Position numbers and translations under genes: made by a program. A DNA stretch of 61,027 bases, counting the filler. It is 5 parts of 5 records of this genome, joined end to end, with 100 filler letters (N's around TTAATTAATTAA, not from the genome) between each part and the next. Parts side by side here need not be neighbours in the genome. Positions count along the whole stretch, not along the records: positions 49,802 to 61,027 come from SRR31156797_900; 4 more parts are not named here. One strand, 5' to 3'. How positions within the stretch are numbered: position 1 is the first letter of the stretch; every line of letters starts with the position of its first letter. Below the pieces are notes generated by a model. The model ran no database searches and was not told where the DNA came from. It worked only from the letters and a program-made list of their open reading frames with translations. Shown here one piece after another: positions 59,318-61,027 of this stretch.

Positions 59318-61027
59318 ATGAATATTTTAAAGAAAATGCTTTTTATTCTGGTTATTGCAGCCTTTTTTATAACACCGCAGACAATTATGGCTGCATCCCA
59401 AGGCCACGAAACAGCCGCCCATGGAACGAAAACCCATGCTGAACTGCAGTCGCATGCTAAAGTAAAGCCGGTTCCGGTTGTTCTGGCCGATAATGAGACC
59501 ATGGACATACTGAAAAAAAACTGGCTAAAGGAAGCTGAAGAGGTCAATCTCTCTGATGAGGAGCACAAACTCTCGGGCGCCTTCTGGGTAATAATCGGTA
59601 TGCTGGCCGGCTTGACCATTCTGGGGATTATCCTTTTCGCCGGCGGGGCCTTCAGGCGTTTTAGTCTTAATTTAAAACTTTATACAGGTTTTGGAAGCCT
59701 TGTCGTTCTGGCGATTATTCTGGGCTTGGCCGGGTATTATTATTTAAGCCGGATCAGCGTCGCAACTCACATGGAAGCCGCCTTTCTTGAGCAGGATTTG
59801 ATGGCGGCGGAAATGCAGGTAGCTCTCGACGAATTTCTCCTCCACGGTATTGAAAACAAGGAATACGGAGAAAAACAGGTTGCAGTCATCAATGGCCTGC
59901 TAAAGGAATTTAAAGAGGATGCGGAAGCAATAAGACATATGGGAACCCTGAATGCCGAACAAGCGCAGGGTCTTGAAGAAATAATGAAAGCATCGGTCAC
60001 CATTGGCAAGGATCTAGAGGAAGTGGTCCAGGCTTATCATGAGATAGAAGAGGCCAAGGAAGAACTGGAACACATCGGACTTAATGTATATACGGCAATC
60101 AGTGAAATGGAGGCTCATCATGAGGTCGAACTCTCCAAGCTCGAGTCAGAAGGAACAGATCTCAAGGGGATCGCATACCAAACAACACTGGTGGAGCATC
60201 TCAACAAGGTTATCATTTCCTCTCTTTTGGTAGGGAGCGGCGTTTCAAATTTTCTGTTAGACAAACATGCCGAAAGGGTGGATCAACTCGCCGACAATTT
60301 GAGCATGCTTAAAGGTTACCTTAATCTTCTTGAGGGAGAGCTTCAAGAACCGGCGGAGTTGGAGCGGCTTAAGAAAGTCGAGGGAGAACTTGAAGAGTAT
60401 GTCTCTTTTCTCAAAAAGGTTATCAAGGATGAAGCAATTATAGAGAAGGACTCTTCTGAAATAGTTGAGTTGATACACAAGGTGGAGGCCATTGGAGCCC
60501 GCTTGTCACACAATTTACAAGCTGAAGCTGAAAGCATGGAAAAGGAAGCAGATATCGCCATCGTCGTCGTGATCCTTTTGGCCCTTGTAATAGGAACTTT
60601 TCTTTCCATCTTCATTGCCCGGACAATCTCAAAACCGATAAATCAGGTTATTGATGGATTAAATGCAGGGGCCAACCAGGTGACGTCCGCTTCGGGACAG
60701 GTCTCGACTGCCAGTCAGTCCCTGGCCGAAGGCGCCTCGGAACAAGCCGCCGCCCTTGAGGAAACGTCTTCCTCGCTTGAGGAAATGTCTTCCATGACCA
60801 AACAAAATGCTGATAATGCGGCCCAGGCCAACGCGCTTATTGACCACGCCAGAGATTTAGTGAGTCGCGCCGGGAGTTCAATGAAAGACATGACCAATTC
60901 GATGGATGACATTTCCGCCTCCGGCCAGGAAATCGGCAAAATCATCAAGACCATTGATGAAATAGCCTTTCAGACTAATCTACTGGCGCTGAATGCCGCG
61001 GTTGAGGCGGCCAGGGCGGGCGAAGCC
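59318..61027 (+). CDS. Methyl-accepting chemotaxis protein, 3' end outside window (absent from the ORF track)
   Basis: GGGGAG RBS; begins MNILKKMLFILV; ends [25 protein letters not shown]. Confidence 0.9.
   Translation, partial: MNILKKMLFILVIAAFFITPQTIMAASQGHETAAHGTKTHAELQSHAKVKPVPVVLADNETMDILKKNWLKEAEEVNLSDEEHKLSGAFWVIIGMLAGLTILGIILFAGGAFRRFSLNLKLYTGFGSLVVLAIILGLAGYYYLSRISVATHMEAAFLEQDLMAAEMQVALDEFLLHGIENKEYGEKQVAVINGLLKEFKEDAEAIRHMGTLNAEQAQGLEEIMKASVTIGKDLEEVVQAYHEIEEAKEELEHIGLNVYTAISEMEAHHEVELSKLESEGTDLKGIAYQTTLVEHLNKVIISSLLVGSGVSNFLLDKHAERVDQLADNLSMLKGYLNLLEGELQEPAELERLKKVEGELEEYVSFLKKVIKDEAIIEKDSSEIVELIHKVEAIGARLSHNLQAEAESMEKEADIAIVVVILLALVIGTFLSIFIARTISKPINQVIDGLNAGANQVTSASGQVSTASQSLAEGASEQAAALEETSSSLEEMSSMTKQNADNAAQANALIDHARDLVSRAGSSMKDMTNSMDDISASGQEIGKIIKTIDEIAFQTNLLALNAAVEAARAGEA

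Noticed and set aside
1-61027. CRISPR arrays, tRNA/rRNA genes, transposases, recoded stops
   Set aside because: None recognised by eye; dedicated scans (tRNAscan-SE, Infernal, CRISPR finders) were not run

Overview
The window is a concatenation of five unrelated-looking contigs joined by four artificial 100-bp linkers (N-run + TTAATTAATTAA + N-run) at 7465-7564, 34724-34823, 43201-43300 and 49702-49801, so gene neighbourhood across linkers is meaningless. Contig A (1-7464, AT-rich) carries ilvE, a 1764-aa Ser/Thr kinase-AAA-GAF-PP2C protein and an omptin protease. Contig B (7565-34723, intermediate GC, gene content suggests Desulfovibrionaceae) carries two hybrid histidine kinases, nfo, rnr, lpxK, transporters, a secreted SUEL-type lectin, an S24 repressor with a small unannotated Zn-ribbon gene, and a REP-like repeat family. 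Contigs C and D (34824-43200, 43301-49701, AT-rich) carry brnQ, LacI, a PepV-like peptidase, Firmicute-type sugar-binding proteins with YesM/YesN, transketolase and an MCP. Contig E (49802-61027, GC-richer, deltaproteobacterial-like) holds the best candidate for an undescribed system: a sigma54-driven catabolic operon (MBL hydrolase, phytoene-desaturase-like flavoprotein, divergent ThDP E1 alpha/beta, and an E2 internally deleted to a lipoyl carrier), a divergent 1040-aa enhancer-binding protein, and a second sigma54 promoter driving a small ORF and an MCP with an unusual N-terminus. The supplied ORF track gives the wrong strand for 55715-58837 (it reads on +) and omits the final MCP and a 55-aa gene. 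All calls come from motif recognition by eye; no searches were run, and taxonomy is inferred.
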